Positions 49,881 to 59,854 of a DNA stretch of 64,000 nucleotides are shown here, piece by piece; the first letter of the stretch is position 1; the number at the start of each line of letters is the position of its first letter. The notes under the pieces are model-generated. The model had not been told where the DNA came from, made no database searches, and saw only the letters and a program-made list of their open reading frames with translations. The translations under genes and the position numbers were made by a program. This DNA is from an uncultured Carnobacteriaceae bacterium (GTDB lineage: Bacteria; Bacillota; Bacilli; Lactobacillales; Aerococcaceae), in contig CAWFEB010000006.1 in assembly GCA_963814755.1 (NCBI GenBank), positions 7,995-71,994 on the forward strand, written 5' to 3'.

Positions 49881-51458
49881 GTGAAAAATTGGAAAAGTGT
49901 GGCGATTGCCTATGGTCTACCAGCAGTCGTTCTTTTAGGATATTGGTATTCGGCGTTGACCCCAGTGTCGATCCAGTCACCGGAGTTTTGGACGAATATG
50001 TTTTTGTATTTGGTCGCAAGTGCAGCATTGATGAACGTCTTGGATCGGTCGAAAGCTGATAAAGTCAACAAAGTTTCTGGAGCAATCATCGGAATCAGTA
50101 TTGTCTTCTTGATTGGTGGGATGCTTTTTGGTTCCCAAATTTTCAGGGCCAAAGATTACGCCAGCTTGATTACGCATACGGAAGGCAATTTTGAGGAGGA
50201 CCTGACCATCACGGACCCTTCGCAGATACCGACGATCGACCGCGATATGGCGGAGCGTCTGGGAAGCCGTAAGCTTGGCGAAGTCCTCAATTTGGTTTCG
50301 CAATTCGACGTCAGCACGGAATACACGCAGATCGCTTATAAAGGCGGTTCGGTCCGCGTTTCGCCATTGGAATACGTCAGCTTTTTCCGCTGGTTGAACA
50401 ACCGCGCTGATGGCATTCCGCATTATGTGACCGTCGATATGGTGACGGGAGATTCTGAATTGGTGAATCTGGAGAAGAACATTCATTACTCCCATTCCGG
50501 CTTTTTCGGGGATGATATCACGCGGCATATCTTTTTCAACTATCCGACTGTAATGTTTGAAAATCCGGTCTTTGAATTGGACGAAGAGGGCAATCCGTAT
50601 TACATCGCGCCTATCGTTGAAAAGAAATTCAGCTTCATGGGGCCTAAGGAAGTCGTCGGTATTTTCGTTGTGGATGCTTCCTCTGGTGACATCACGCGTT
50701 ATAGCGTTGCCGATGTTCCTGATTGGGTCGATCGCGTGTTCCCGGCGAACATGGTGATGACGCAGATCAATTACAACGGGCAATACCAAGGCGGTTACCT
50801 GAACAGCGTCATCAGCAAGAAGGGTGTCATCCAAAATGCGCAGGGCTACAATTACATCGTGCTGAATGATGATCTGTATCTGTATACCGGTTTGACCTCC
50901 GTCGCGGCAGATGAATCGAATATCGGTTTTGTGCTGGTCAATTCAAGGACCAAGGAATCGAAACGCTACAACATCAGCACGGCGACCGAATGGAGCGCCA
51001 TGGAGAGCGCCCAGGGATCGGTGCAGGAAAAAGGCTACATCAGCACATTCCCGCTTTTGTTCAATATGGAAAACAAGCCGGTCTATCAGTTATCCTTGAA
51101 GGATGATGCCGGCTTGATCAAAATGTACGCCTTTGTGAATGCGACGAACTATCAGAAAGTCGGGACCGGCAATTCCTTGGCTGCTGCGTGGAACGCCTAT
51201 ACCGGTGGCGTCGTTTCGACAACAACCGATGAGGAAGAAGAGGTCGTCGAGACCGAAACCATCAGCGGTGCCATCACTGCTTTGGAATCAGTCGTCATCG
51301 ACGGCGAAACGACTTATTACTTCACGCTGGAAGGCGATGCAGAAACCATCTATATCGCTAAAGTGTCCATCGACAAGCAGTTGCCGTTCATCAAAGCCGG
51401 CGACAGCGTGACGATAGAAGTGGACGGCGCACGCGTCGTATCCATCATCAAACAGTAA
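49881..51458 (+). CDS. hypothetical membrane protein (3 N-terminal TM segments, large extracytoplasmic domain, acidic linker, small C-terminal domain)
   Basis: GTG 49881 lies 8 nt after AAGGGTG. A TGGTATAAT promoter is at 49808-49816. About 525 aa. I recognise no family. Confidence 0.7.
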   Translation: MKNWKSVAIAYGLPAVVLLGYWYSALTPVSIQSPEFWTNMFLYLVASAALMNVLDRSKADKVNKVSGAIIGISIVFLIGGMLFGSQIFRAKDYASLITHTEGNFEEDLTITDPSQIPTIDRDMAERLGSRKLGEVLNLVSQFDVSTEYTQIAYKGGSVRVSPLEYVSFFRWLNNRADGIPHYVTVDMVTGDSELVNLEKNIHYSHSGFFGDDITRHIFFNYPTVMFENPVFELDEEGNPYYIAPIVEKKFSFMGPKEVVGIFVVDASSGDITRYSVADVPDWVDRVFPANMVMTQINYNGQYQGGYLNSVISKKGVIQNAQGYNYIVLNDDLYLYTGLTSVAADESNIGFVLVNSRTKESKRYNISTATEWSAMESAQGSVQEKGYISTFPLLFNMENKPVYQLSLKDDAGLIKMYAFVNATNYQKVGTGNSLAAAWNAYTGGVVSTTTDEEEEVVETETISGAITALESVVIDGETTYYFTLEGDAETIYIAKVSIDKQLPFIKAGDSVTIEVDGARVVSIIKQ

Positions 51459-51534
51459 GAACAATCGGAAGAAGGGTCTGCCTCATTTGAAGGTGGGCTC
51501 TTTTTTTGTTGTCGCTACGAATGAGGGTGCTGTT

Positions 51535-51699
51535 GATTCGCCGGAGGAGGAAAGATCCAAAAAGATCATCACCTCCGACCACGGCGGCTTCGCCGGAGTA
51601 CAGCCGTCCGCTACGCAGTCAACTCCGGCGAACATTCGCTCGTCGGAGTTGAGCTGTCTGGCGCAATGCCGTTCTCCGATGAGGGCACTCTCATCGGAG
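51535..51699 (-). repeat. GC-rich multi-hairpin element, copy R (inverted relative to copy L)
   Basis: Same module order as copy L but on the opposite strand. Also contains the inverted repeat TTCGCCGGAGT/ACTCCGGCGAA (51589-51632) and the perfect hairpin CTCCGATGAG/CTCATCGGAG (51674-51699). Confidence 0.75.
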
Positions 51700-51840
51700 C
51701 TGACATTCAAAAAACAACCATTGGCTAAACAACCGGATAAAACGAAAAAATGACTCTCCCGCAAATGCAAAAAATTGACGGAACAAGGGGTGTTGTTGCA
51801 TAGTAAAGATAAGAATGCATGCGAAAGGAAGCGCTGCGCC

Positions 51841-52809
51841 ATGGCAAACAAAGTGACCCATCCGATCCTGTTTCAAGGCGACCTGAAAAAGCAAGGTCCC
51901 TATTTTGAAGGATGGTATTTCAAAAGTGTTTCAGCAGATGAAAAAACCGTCCTCAGCCTGATTCCCGGCATTTCGATCACCGAGGAAGACCCGCATTGTT
52001 TCATCCAATATTCCTATGTCCATGTCGGAGAAGCGCTCGAAAAAGAGCTGCGGACCGGCTACATCCGCTATCCATTGTCTGCGTTTCAATACAACCAAAC
52101 GCCATTTGTGCTGAAAGTCGGCAACAGCGTCTTTTCGGAAACGCTCGTCAGTGTGCATCTGGAAGAGGATGATTTCCGGATAGAAGGCATCCTGAAACTA
52201 GGGCCATTCCAAGCGGTCAAACGCACACCGGTGTCGCCATCCATCATGGGTTTCTTCGCCTACATCCCGAACATGGAATGTTACCACGGCGTCATCAGCA
52301 TGAATCACGCCATCGACGGAACGGTGGCGATCGGAAACAAAACCAGTGATTTTACGGGCGGCAAAGGCTACCTCGAAAAGGACTGGGGAACGTCTTTCCC
52401 GCAGGAGTACGTCTGGATCCAGTGCAACCATTTCCGGGACGATAGGACCAGCCTCTTCTTCTCGGTGGCGAAAATCCCTTTCCGGGGTTCCTCATTCGAG
52501 GGCTTCATCTGCAATTTTATCGTGGATGGAGAGGAATACCGTTTTGCGACCTATAACCGCAGCACATTCACTTTGGGATTGTTGACCGATGACCGGATCG
52601 AAATCGAAGTTTCCCATGCCTCCGCCTCCCTTACCATCTGTGCGGAAGTGCTCCATGGAGGGGCTTTGCTGGCGCCGACCGAACAGGGGATGAACAAAAT
52701 CGTCAAAGAAGGACTTTCCGGCATCGTCACGGTCGACTTCACCGACAAGAAAACCGGGAAAAATTACCACGATGTCGGGAATGTAGCCGGCATTGAAGTC
52801 GTGCGCTAA
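51841..52809 (+). CDS. tocopherol-cyclase-like family protein (function unknown in bacteria)
   Basis: ATG 51841 follows GAAAGGAAG. The N-terminal YFEGWYFK motif is typical of the family as I recall it. Confidence 0.5.
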   Translation: MANKVTHPILFQGDLKKQGPYFEGWYFKSVSADEKTVLSLIPGISITEEDPHCFIQYSYVHVGEALEKELRTGYIRYPLSAFQYNQTPFVLKVGNSVFSETLVSVHLEEDDFRIEGILKLGPFQAVKRTPVSPSIMGFFAYIPNMECYHGVISMNHAIDGTVAIGNKTSDFTGGKGYLEKDWGTSFPQEYVWIQCNHFRDDRTSLFFSVAKIPFRGSSFEGFICNFIVDGEEYRFATYNRSTFTLGLLTDDRIEIEVSHASASLTICAEVLHGGALLAPTEQGMNKIVKEGLSGIVTVDFTDKKTGKNYHDVGNVAGIEVVR

Positions 52810-52842
52810 ACGTTTGATCGAGCGGAATGGAGGGAAAGGAAG

Positions 52843-53250
52843 ATGAGCCAAAATCTGTTTACATACCGCATCCAGACGAGCGGCAAACAGTCGTTGACGA
52901 ACATCGATGTCTACCTCGAGGACGCTTTGGCGAAAAGCGGCGTGAAGGATGGCATCATGGTCGTCTTCTGTCCGCACACGACAGCCGCCATCACGATCAA
53001 TGAGAACGCCGACCCGGATGTGCAGAAGGACATGAATTGGGGTTATACGGATACCTTTCCGAACAAGGGCAGCTATCACCATGTCGAAGGCAATTCCGAT
53101 GCCCACATCAAGTCATCCTTGACCGGCGCCAGCGAAACGATTATCGTGACGCAAGGACGGATGCTGCTGGGTACTTGGCAAAGCATCTACTTCTGGGATT
53201 ACGATGGCCCGCGCAACCGCAAATTCCACGTGAAGATCATCGCTGGATAG
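52843..53250 (+). CDS. yjbQ: YjbQ/UPF0047 family protein (secondary thiamine-phosphate synthase)
   Basis: 135 aa with HTTAAITINENADPDV and GNSDAHIKSSLTG. Confidence 0.85.
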   Translation: MSQNLFTYRIQTSGKQSLTNIDVYLEDALAKSGVKDGIMVVFCPHTTAAITINENADPDVQKDMNWGYTDTFPNKGSYHHVEGNSDAHIKSSLTGASETIIVTQGRMLLGTWQSIYFWDYDGPRNRKFHVKIIAG

Positions 53251-53336
53251 ATTTGAAAAGGATTCAAGCATATTATTTCGAATTCGAGATAATGACAGGT
53301 ATAATGTAAGAAAAACAAGCGGTAGGTGATGGCATA

Positions 53337-53960
53337 ATGCTGGAGGATATCAAAAAAATATTGGCGGAACACGAACCCGAGCCGATCGGGGAACAACGCT
53401 ACTTCTCCGTCCTGCTCCCTTTGATCAGGGTGGACGGGGCGCTTCATGTCCTTTATGAGGTGCGGGGCGAGCATATCTCCCAACCAGGGGATACCTCATT
53501 CCCGGGCGGTGCAGTGGAGCCTGGGGAGAGCTATGAAGAGACGGCAATCCGGGAAACAATGGAAGAGCTGAACATAAAAAGGGACAATATCAATATTCTG
53601 GGAGAAATGGACTATATCATGAATGAGCGCGCGATCATCCATTGCTACGTCGGCGAAATCGTCGGCGTGGACAAGGATGATATCCGCTTCAATAAAGAAG
53701 TTCAGGAAATTTTCACGGTGCCGCTTCAGTATTTCATGGATAACCGGCCGACTTACTACTCTTCGACGGTCCGGCTGGAGCACCCGGATGATTTCCCGTT
53801 CGAACTGATTCCGAACGGCAGGGACTACAAATTCAGGATCGGCGTCCATAGCGTCCCGTTCTACCATCTGGAGACCCATCGACTCTGGGGATTCACCGCG
53901 AACCTGACCGACCGCTTCGTGAGCATATTGGAACAAAATGAAAATCAGAGCGCAGAATAA
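53337..53960 (+). CDS. NUDIX hydrolase (CoA pyrophosphatase-like)
   Basis: Nudix box GGAVEPGESYEETAIRETMEELN. Confidence 0.8.
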   Translation: MLEDIKKILAEHEPEPIGEQRYFSVLLPLIRVDGALHVLYEVRGEHISQPGDTSFPGGAVEPGESYEETAIRETMEELNIKRDNINILGEMDYIMNERAIIHCYVGEIVGVDKDDIRFNKEVQEIFTVPLQYFMDNRPTYYSSTVRLEHPDDFPFELIPNGRDYKFRIGVHSVPFYHLETHRLWGFTANLTDRFVSILEQNENQSAE

Positions 53961-53999
53961 AAAGCATGAGCCCATTCATTCGAGGGCTCATGCTTTTTG
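53960..53999. terminator. intrinsic terminator (usable from both strands)
   Basis: AAAGCATGAGCCC / GGGCTCATGCTTT 13-bp stem, flanked by an A-run and a T-run. Confidence 0.85.
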
Positions 54000-54156
54000 C
54001 GATAGATAAAGGCACCGTGCTTGCCTCTTCGGGTGACGAGTACTTCTTGGTGCATCTACAACAGTTTTCTCCTTTAAAGGCCGCTTTTGCGAGGCTGAGG
54101 GGTAGGCTGGTGCTTTGACCAGGGTTATTTCTTGGCAGAGATCCTATTTCACTTAC

Positions 54157-54594
54157 TCAAACGCTGAAAACATGCTCCCGATAGGTTTCGAAGCTGGCAT
54201 GCACATGCGGTTGGACTTTTTTCAACGAAACAGGTCGGCCTTCTTCGTTCAGGAAGCAATGCTTGCTTTTGCCGGTCGTGCGCAACTCGCCAGTTGCAAC
54301 ATCGATGACACGGTAGGTTAGGCCTAATTTCACTCCGCTGTATGAATCGATTTCGGTCAGGACATAGACGGAGTCTCCGAAGCGGACCATCGTTTTGTAA
54401 TGCGCTTCGACGGAAAGGACGGGGCTGATGATGCCGGCTTCTTCCAATTTCGCATAATTCGCGCCGATCTGGTCAAGGAAGTCCACGCGGGCTTCCTCGA
54501 ACCAACGGATGTAATTGGAGTGGTGGATGATCTTCATCTGATCCGTTTCGTAATATTGGGCAACGTGGATATAGGGTTTTAATTCATTTTCCAA
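54157..54594 (-). CDS. acyl-CoA thioesterase (4HBT/YbgC-like hotdog fold)
   Basis: 145 aa with YYETDQMKIIHHSNYIRWFEEARVDFL. Confidence 0.8.
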   Translation of the reverse strand: MENELKPYIHVAQYYETDQMKIIHHSNYIRWFEEARVDFLDQIGANYAKLEEAGIISPVLSVEAHYKTMVRFGDSVYVLTEIDSYSGVKLGLTYRVIDVATGELRTTGKSKHCFLNEEGRPVSLKKVQPHVHASFETYREHVFSV

Positions 54595-54683
54595 AAAAAG
54601 TTCCTCCTTGTGACAGCTTATTACGGATAAGAAAGAGCTATCCCGGAATGAGCTGTCTTTCTGCTTGCTAATAGGTCACTGGT

Positions 54684-54710
54684 TGTCCGATTCATTGCGG
54701 TTATCGGACA
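54684..54710. repeat. solo copy of the TGTCCGAT-N11-ATCGGACA element
   Basis: TGTCCGATTCATTGCGGTTATCGGACA. It has the same arms and the same TCAT...GGTT spacer ends as the 17.3-kb tandem units. Confidence 0.8.
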
Positions 54711-54742
54711 TTTATTGATATGACTCTGGGGAAAGCGTCACG

Positions 54743-54775
54743 AAAGGGAGGTCTCCTTTGGAGCCTCCCTTTCTT
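54743..54775 (-). terminator. hairpin downstream of pyc
   Basis: AAAGGGAGG(T)CTCC ttt GGAGCCTCCCTTT, a 13-bp stem with short U-tracts on both strands. Confidence 0.5.
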
Positions 54776-54782
54776 GTGCATA

Positions 54783-57700
54783 TTATTTTGCTTCGATTTC
54801 GATCAACAAGTCTCCGGCTTCGATCTGATCGCCGTCGATGACATAGATCTGATCAACGACACCGTTGATTGTGGAACGGATCATTGTTTCCATCTTCATC
54901 GCTTCGGTGATCACGACTGGATCGCCTTGCGATACGCGATCGCCGCGTTTGACGAGAACTTCCAATACAGAACCCGGCATTGTTGCGCCGACGTGTTCTT
55001 TGTTGGTAGGTTCCGCTTTTTTGCGGATCGCTTTCGTGCTGGTGATGGACATGTCTTTGACTTCAATTTCACGGCCTTGGCCATTCAGGTCGAAGTAAAG
55101 GATGCGCATCCCGTCCGAATCAGGTTCACCGATCGAGTTCAATTTGATGATCAAGGTTTTCCCTTTTTCGATCTGAACTTCGATCTGCTCGCCCATACGC
55201 ATGCCGTGGAAGAAAGTAGGGGTGTCAAGTTTAGTGACATCGCCGAACTTATCGTAGACTGCAATGTAATCCAGGAAGATTTGCGGGTACATCAGGTAGC
55301 TGATGACATCTTCATCGCTGGCTGGACGTTGGATTTTTTCCTCCAACTCGGCTTTCAAAGCAACGAAGTCGATCGGCTCACGCAGGCTGCCCGGTCTTAC
55401 TGTGATGGCTTGTTTGCCTTTCAGGATGATTTCCTGCAATCTTTCAGGGAATCCGCCGGTAGGTTGACCCAAGTCGCCTTTGAAGAAGCTGATCACGGAT
55501 TCAGGGAAGTCGATGGTTTCGCCTTTTGCGTAGACATCTTCTTCGTTCAATTTATTTTGGACCATGAAGAGGGCCATATCGCCGACAACTTTGGAGGATG
55601 GTGTCACTTTCACGATGTCGCCGAACATTTTGTTCACGTCAGCGTACATCTCTTTGACTTTATCCCACTCGTCGTTCAAGCCGACAGCATTCGCCTGTTG
55701 TTGCAGGTTCGTGTATTGTCCGCCCGGCATTTGGTGGTCGTAGACTTCTGTTGAAGTCGTTTGGATGCCGCCTTCGAATTCTTCGTAGTAGTCACGGATA
55801 TCTTCCCAATAACGGTTGATTTTGTGCACGTTATGGATGTTGATGTCCGGCTCGTGCTCAGAACCTTCCAAAGCATAGTACAAGCTGCTGATGCTTGGTT
55901 GGCTGGTCGTACCGCTCATGGCACTCATGGCCACGTCTACGATGTCGACGCCGGCTTTGATCGCTTCTGAGTATGTGTAGATGCCGTTTCCGCTTGTATC
56001 ATGCGTATGCAGATGGATCGGAAGATCGACGGTATCCTTCAATTCGCTGATCAGACGGTAAGCCGCTTGCGGTTTCAAAAGACCGGCCATATCTTTGATC
56101 GCGATGATGTGTGCGCCCAATGATTCCAGCTCTTTGGCCATCTCTTTGTAGTATTGGATCGTGTATTTCGTTTGTGTCGGATCATTGATATCGCCTGTGT
56201 AGCAGATGGCTGCTTCAGCGATCTTATCGTTGTCGCGCACGTACTGGATGCTTCTTTCCATCTGCTTCGTCCAGTTCAAGCTGTCGAAGATACGGAAAAC
56301 GTCGATCCCGTTTTTAGCTGCAAGTCTGATGAACTCTTCCAAACCGTTGTCGGGATAGTTTTGGTATCCGACTGCATTCGATCCACGGAACAGCATCTGC
56401 AATAAAGTATCCGGCATCTGCGAGCGCAGTTTCTTCAATCGTTTCCAAGGATCTTCGCTCAGGAAGCGGTAGGCCACGTCGAAGGTAGCTCCTCCCCACA
56501 TTTCCGAAGAGAACAATTGCGGAATTGCTGCTTGCGTTTCAGCTGCGATGGCTTGCATTTCGTTTGTGCGGATACGGGTAGCCAACAAACTTTGGTGCGC
56601 GTCACGGAAAGTCGTGTCCGTCAAGAGCACACGGTTTTGGTCCTTAATCCATTGGCTGACGGCTGCAGGGCCTTTTTCATCCAAAATATTTTTGGCGGTA
56701 ATGATTTTTTGTTCCGGCACGACAATGTCAGTCGGGATTCTAGGCTTGTCATAGAATTTCTTGTGGCCTTTTTGGATGCCCGGGAAGCCATTAACGGTAA
56801 TGTTTCCGATGTACTGCATCGTTTTGTTACCACGGTCGCGCGTTTTAGGGAATTCGAACAATTCCGGCGTCGTATCGATGAATGTCGTTTTCGCATCGCC
56901 TGATACAAAGATCGGGTGCGTGATGACGTTGAACATGAACGGGATGTTCGTTTTCACGCCACGGATACGAAATTCGATCAGCGAACGTTCCATTTTGCTG
57001 ACGGCTTGATCAAATGTCGAAGCGTGTACGCATAATTTAACCAATAAGGAGTCGAAGAACGGTGTTACGACCGTACCTTGGAATCCGTTACCAGCATCCA
57101 ATCGGATACCGAAGCCGCCTGGAGAACGGTAAGTGTTGATTTTTCCGGTGTCAGGGAAGAAATTGTTCAACGGATCTTCCGTCGTGATCCGGCATTGGAT
57201 AGCAGCGCCGATCAACGGGATATTTGCCTGTTGCGGGATGCCGATTTCTTTATGCAGATCTTGTCCTTGGGCGATCAGGATCTGTGATTGCACGATATCG
57301 ACTCCTGTGATCAATTCTGTGATTGTGTGCTCCACTTGGACACGCGGATTCACTTCGATGAAGTAGAATTGGTCGCCTTCCAAAAGGAATTCAACAGTTC
57401 CAGCATTCACATAGCCGACGTGTTTCATCAATTGAAGTGCAGAGTTGCAGATTTCATGGCGGACTTGATCCGACATGGAAACGCATGGTGCCACTTCGAC
57501 AACTTTTTGATGGCGGCGTTGCACGGAGCAGTCGCGCTCGTAAAGGTGAACGATGTTGCCATGCTCATCCCCTAAAATCTGAATTTCGATGTGCTTTGGA
57601 TCTTGAATGTATTTTTCGACATAAATTTCATCGCTGCCGAATGCTGCCAAAGCTTCACTGCGGGCTCTTTCGAAACCTTCGCGGGCTTCTTGTTCGTTGA

Positions 57701-58223
57701 AGGCCATACGCATGCCGCGTCCGCCGCCACCTAAAGCCGCTTTGATCATGATCGGGTAGTTGTAGGTTTCCGCAAACTCGATGACTTCGTCGATGTTTGC
57801 GACTGGACCGTCCGAACCAGGGATTGACTGGATGCCGGCTTCCACAGCTGCAACTTTTGCTTTGATTTTATCGCCAAAAATGTCCAGATGTTCCAAAGAA
57901 GGGCCGATGAATTTGATGCCTTCTTCTTGGCAACGTCTAGCGAAGTCGATATTTTCAGATAAGAAACCATATCCAGGATGAATGCCGTCTGCACCGGATT
58001 CTTTAGCGATGCGGATCAGGTCTTCGATGTCCAGATAGGCGTCGATAGGCTTTTTGCCTTTTCCGACCAAATAGGCTTCATCTGCTTTAAAACGGTGCAC
58101 AGAACCTTCATCCTCTTGCGCATAAACGCCAACAGTAGGGATTTTCAGTTCAGTCAGTGCACGAAATACACGTATCGCGATTTCGCCGCGATTTGCAACC
58201 AAAACTTTTTTCAATATTTCCAC
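54783..58223 (-). CDS. pyc: pyruvate carboxylase
   Basis: 1146 aa. Biotin carboxylase N-terminus (KVLVANRGEIAIRVFRA), carboxyltransferase TIM domain, and the C-terminal biotinyl motif EAMKMET. Confidence 0.95.
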   Translation of the reverse strand: MEILKKVLVANRGEIAIRVFRALTELKIPTVGVYAQEDEGSVHRFKADEAYLVGKGKKPIDAYLDIEDLIRIAKESGADGIHPGYGFLSENIDFARRCQEEGIKFIGPSLEHLDIFGDKIKAKVAAVEAGIQSIPGSDGPVANIDEVIEFAETYNYPIMIKAALGGGGRGMRMAFNEQEAREGFERARSEALAAFGSDEIYVEKYIQDPKHIEIQILGDEHGNIVHLYERDCSVQRRHQKVVEVAPCVSMSDQVRHEICNSALQLMKHVGYVNAGTVEFLLEGDQFYFIEVNPRVQVEHTITELITGVDIVQSQILIAQGQDLHKEIGIPQQANIPLIGAAIQCRITTEDPLNNFFPDTGKINTYRSPGGFGIRLDAGNGFQGTVVTPFFDSLLVKLCVHASTFDQAVSKMERSLIEFRIRGVKTNIPFMFNVITHPIFVSGDAKTTFIDTTPELFEFPKTRDRGNKTMQYIGNITVNGFPGIQKGHKKFYDKPRIPTDIVVPEQKIITAKNILDEKGPAAVSQWIKDQNRVLLTDTTFRDAHQSLLATRIRTNEMQAIAAETQAAIPQLFSSEMWGGATFDVAYRFLSEDPWKRLKKLRSQMPDTLLQMLFRGSNAVGYQNYPDNGLEEFIRLAAKNGIDVFRIFDSLNWTKQMERSIQYVRDNDKIAEAAICYTGDINDPTQTKYTIQYYKEMAKELESLGAHIIAIKDMAGLLKPQAAYRLISELKDTVDLPIHLHTHDTSGNGIYTYSEAIKAGVDIVDVAMSAMSGTTSQPSISSLYYALEGSEHEPDINIHNVHKINRYWEDIRDYYEEFEGGIQTTSTEVYDHQMPGGQYTNLQQQANAVGLNDEWDKVKEMYADVNKMFGDIVKVTPSSKVVGDMALFMVQNKLNEEDVYAKGETIDFPESVISFFKGDLGQPTGGFPERLQEIILKGKQAITVRPGSLREPIDFVALKAELEEKIQRPASDEDVISYLMYPQIFLDYIAVYDKFGDVTKLDTPTFFHGMRMGEQIEVQIEKGKTLIIKLNSIGEPDSDGMRILYFDLNGQGREIEVKDMSITSTKAIRKKAEPTNKEHVGATMPGSVLEVLVKRGDRVSQGDPVVITEAMKMETMIRSTINGVVDQIYVIDGDQIEAGDLLIEIEAK

Positions 58224-58668
58224 CTCGCCAGTTTTATTAAATTCAGAAACATTTCTTATACAATGATTAAAAATGATTCGTGATTTCCGCCAAAGATGAA
58301 AATTTGGCGAGAGAAATCAATTATATCTTTTTAATTATTCATTTTACACATTATTCTGCTTGTTTACAACTACCTTTTTAAGAATCTGTTAATAATTGAG
58401 GAAAATGTCATTTTTGGACAAAATACGAACGATTTAAATAGTAAATCTTCATAACGTAAGCATATTTTTCGTAATTTGAAATGAACCATGCTATTGTGAG
58501 AATGGATTTGCGTTTAATGCGAACGATCTATTATGAGAGTATATTGCCCGTTTTCTGTGCTAAAATAGATAACAAAGGGACGTGAAGCGGTTACACGTTA
58601 ATGTGACGGAAAGCCGAAAAACAGTCGTAAAAAATGCGGAATCCAGGAAAGAAAAGGGGGATTTGTAC

Positions 58669-59784
58669 GTGAGTGAACCAACGATAGGCAAACGCACGCC
58701 ATTATTTGATTATTATAAAGCGAACGGCGTGAAGCTGATTGATTTCGGCGGCTGGGAGATGCCAATCCAATTTTCCGGAATTCTTGCCGAACATGAAGCA
58801 GTCCGTGAACGCGCCGGACTGTTCGATTGTTCGCATATGGGGGAAATCGAAATATCCGGTAGTGAAGCGGAAAGCTACCTGAACGGGCTGCTGACGAATG
58901 ATGTCAGCGTGATGAGCATCGGACAAGCCCAATACAATATCATGTGTTATCCGGATGGCGGGGCAGTGGATGATGTCATCCTTTTCAAAATGGAAAAAGA
59001 AAGTTACCTGTTGGTCTGCAATGCTTCCAACACGGATAAAGTCTATGCGTGGATGCAGCAAAACAACGGATCGGAAGCGATCCTCAACAATATTTCCGAC
59101 AGCATCGGCCTGCTCGCCCTGCAGGGACCGGCAGCCATCAAGATCCTGAAGGAACTGACGGAAGCCGATCTGGATGCCATCGGAAATTACCATTTCATCG
59201 CGGACCAGGAAGTGGCGGGCATTCCGCATGTCCTGATATCAAGGACGGGCTATACCGGTGAAGACGGCTTTGAATTGTATCTTTCGAGTGAACAGACCGC
59301 GTCCTTATGGGAAAAACTTTTGGCAGCCGGGGAGGCCTACGGTGTGTTGCCTTGTGGGCTCGGTTCGCGGGATACGCTTCGCCTGGAAGCAGGGATGCCG
59401 CTCTATGGGCATGAATTGTCAGAGGGAATCACTCCGTTGGCGGCCGGGCTGGGATTTGCGGTCAAAACGAAAAAAACGAGTGATTTTATCGGCAAAGCTG
59501 CCTTGACGGCAATCCGCGAAAACGGACCAACCGAAAAGATCATCGGTTTCGAAGCAACCGAAAGAGGGATCCCACGCGAAGGCTACAAAATCTTTTCAGC
59601 GGCCGGGGAAGAAATCGGGATCGTCACTTCCGGAACGCAATCGCCGACTCTGAAGAAAAGCATCGGGATGGCCTTGGTCAAGTCGGAAGCGGCCACCATC
59701 GGCACAGAAATCCAGATCGAAATACGCAACAAACGCATCAAAGCGACAATCATTCCCAAACCCTTCTACAAAAGAGCCAAATAA
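58669..59784 (+). CDS. gcvT: glycine cleavage system aminomethyltransferase (T protein)
   Basis: GTG 58669 lies 7 nt after AAAAGGGGGA. Contains [26 protein letters not shown] and [12 protein letters not shown]. Confidence 0.9.
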   Translation: MSEPTIGKRTPLFDYYKANGVKLIDFGGWEMPIQFSGILAEHEAVRERAGLFDCSHMGEIEISGSEAESYLNGLLTNDVSVMSIGQAQYNIMCYPDGGAVDDVILFKMEKESYLLVCNASNTDKVYAWMQQNNGSEAILNNISDSIGLLALQGPAAIKILKELTEADLDAIGNYHFIADQEVAGIPHVLISRTGYTGEDGFELYLSSEQTASLWEKLLAAGEAYGVLPCGLGSRDTLRLEAGMPLYGHELSEGITPLAAGLGFAVKTKKTSDFIGKAALTAIRENGPTEKIIGFEATERGIPREGYKIFSAAGEEIGIVTSGTQSPTLKKSIGMALVKSEAATIGTEIQIEIRNKRIKATIIPKPFYKRAK

Positions 59785-59854
59785 ATAACTAATAAGCACT
59801 CATACTAATGAAAAAAAACAATAAACCAGCGCACCGCGCGGAAGGATGATTAAC

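Noticed and set aside
54720-55754. 344-aa plus-strand ORF inside pyc
   Set aside because: It is antisense to the intact 1146-aa pyruvate carboxylase gene and has the biased composition typical of a shadow frame.
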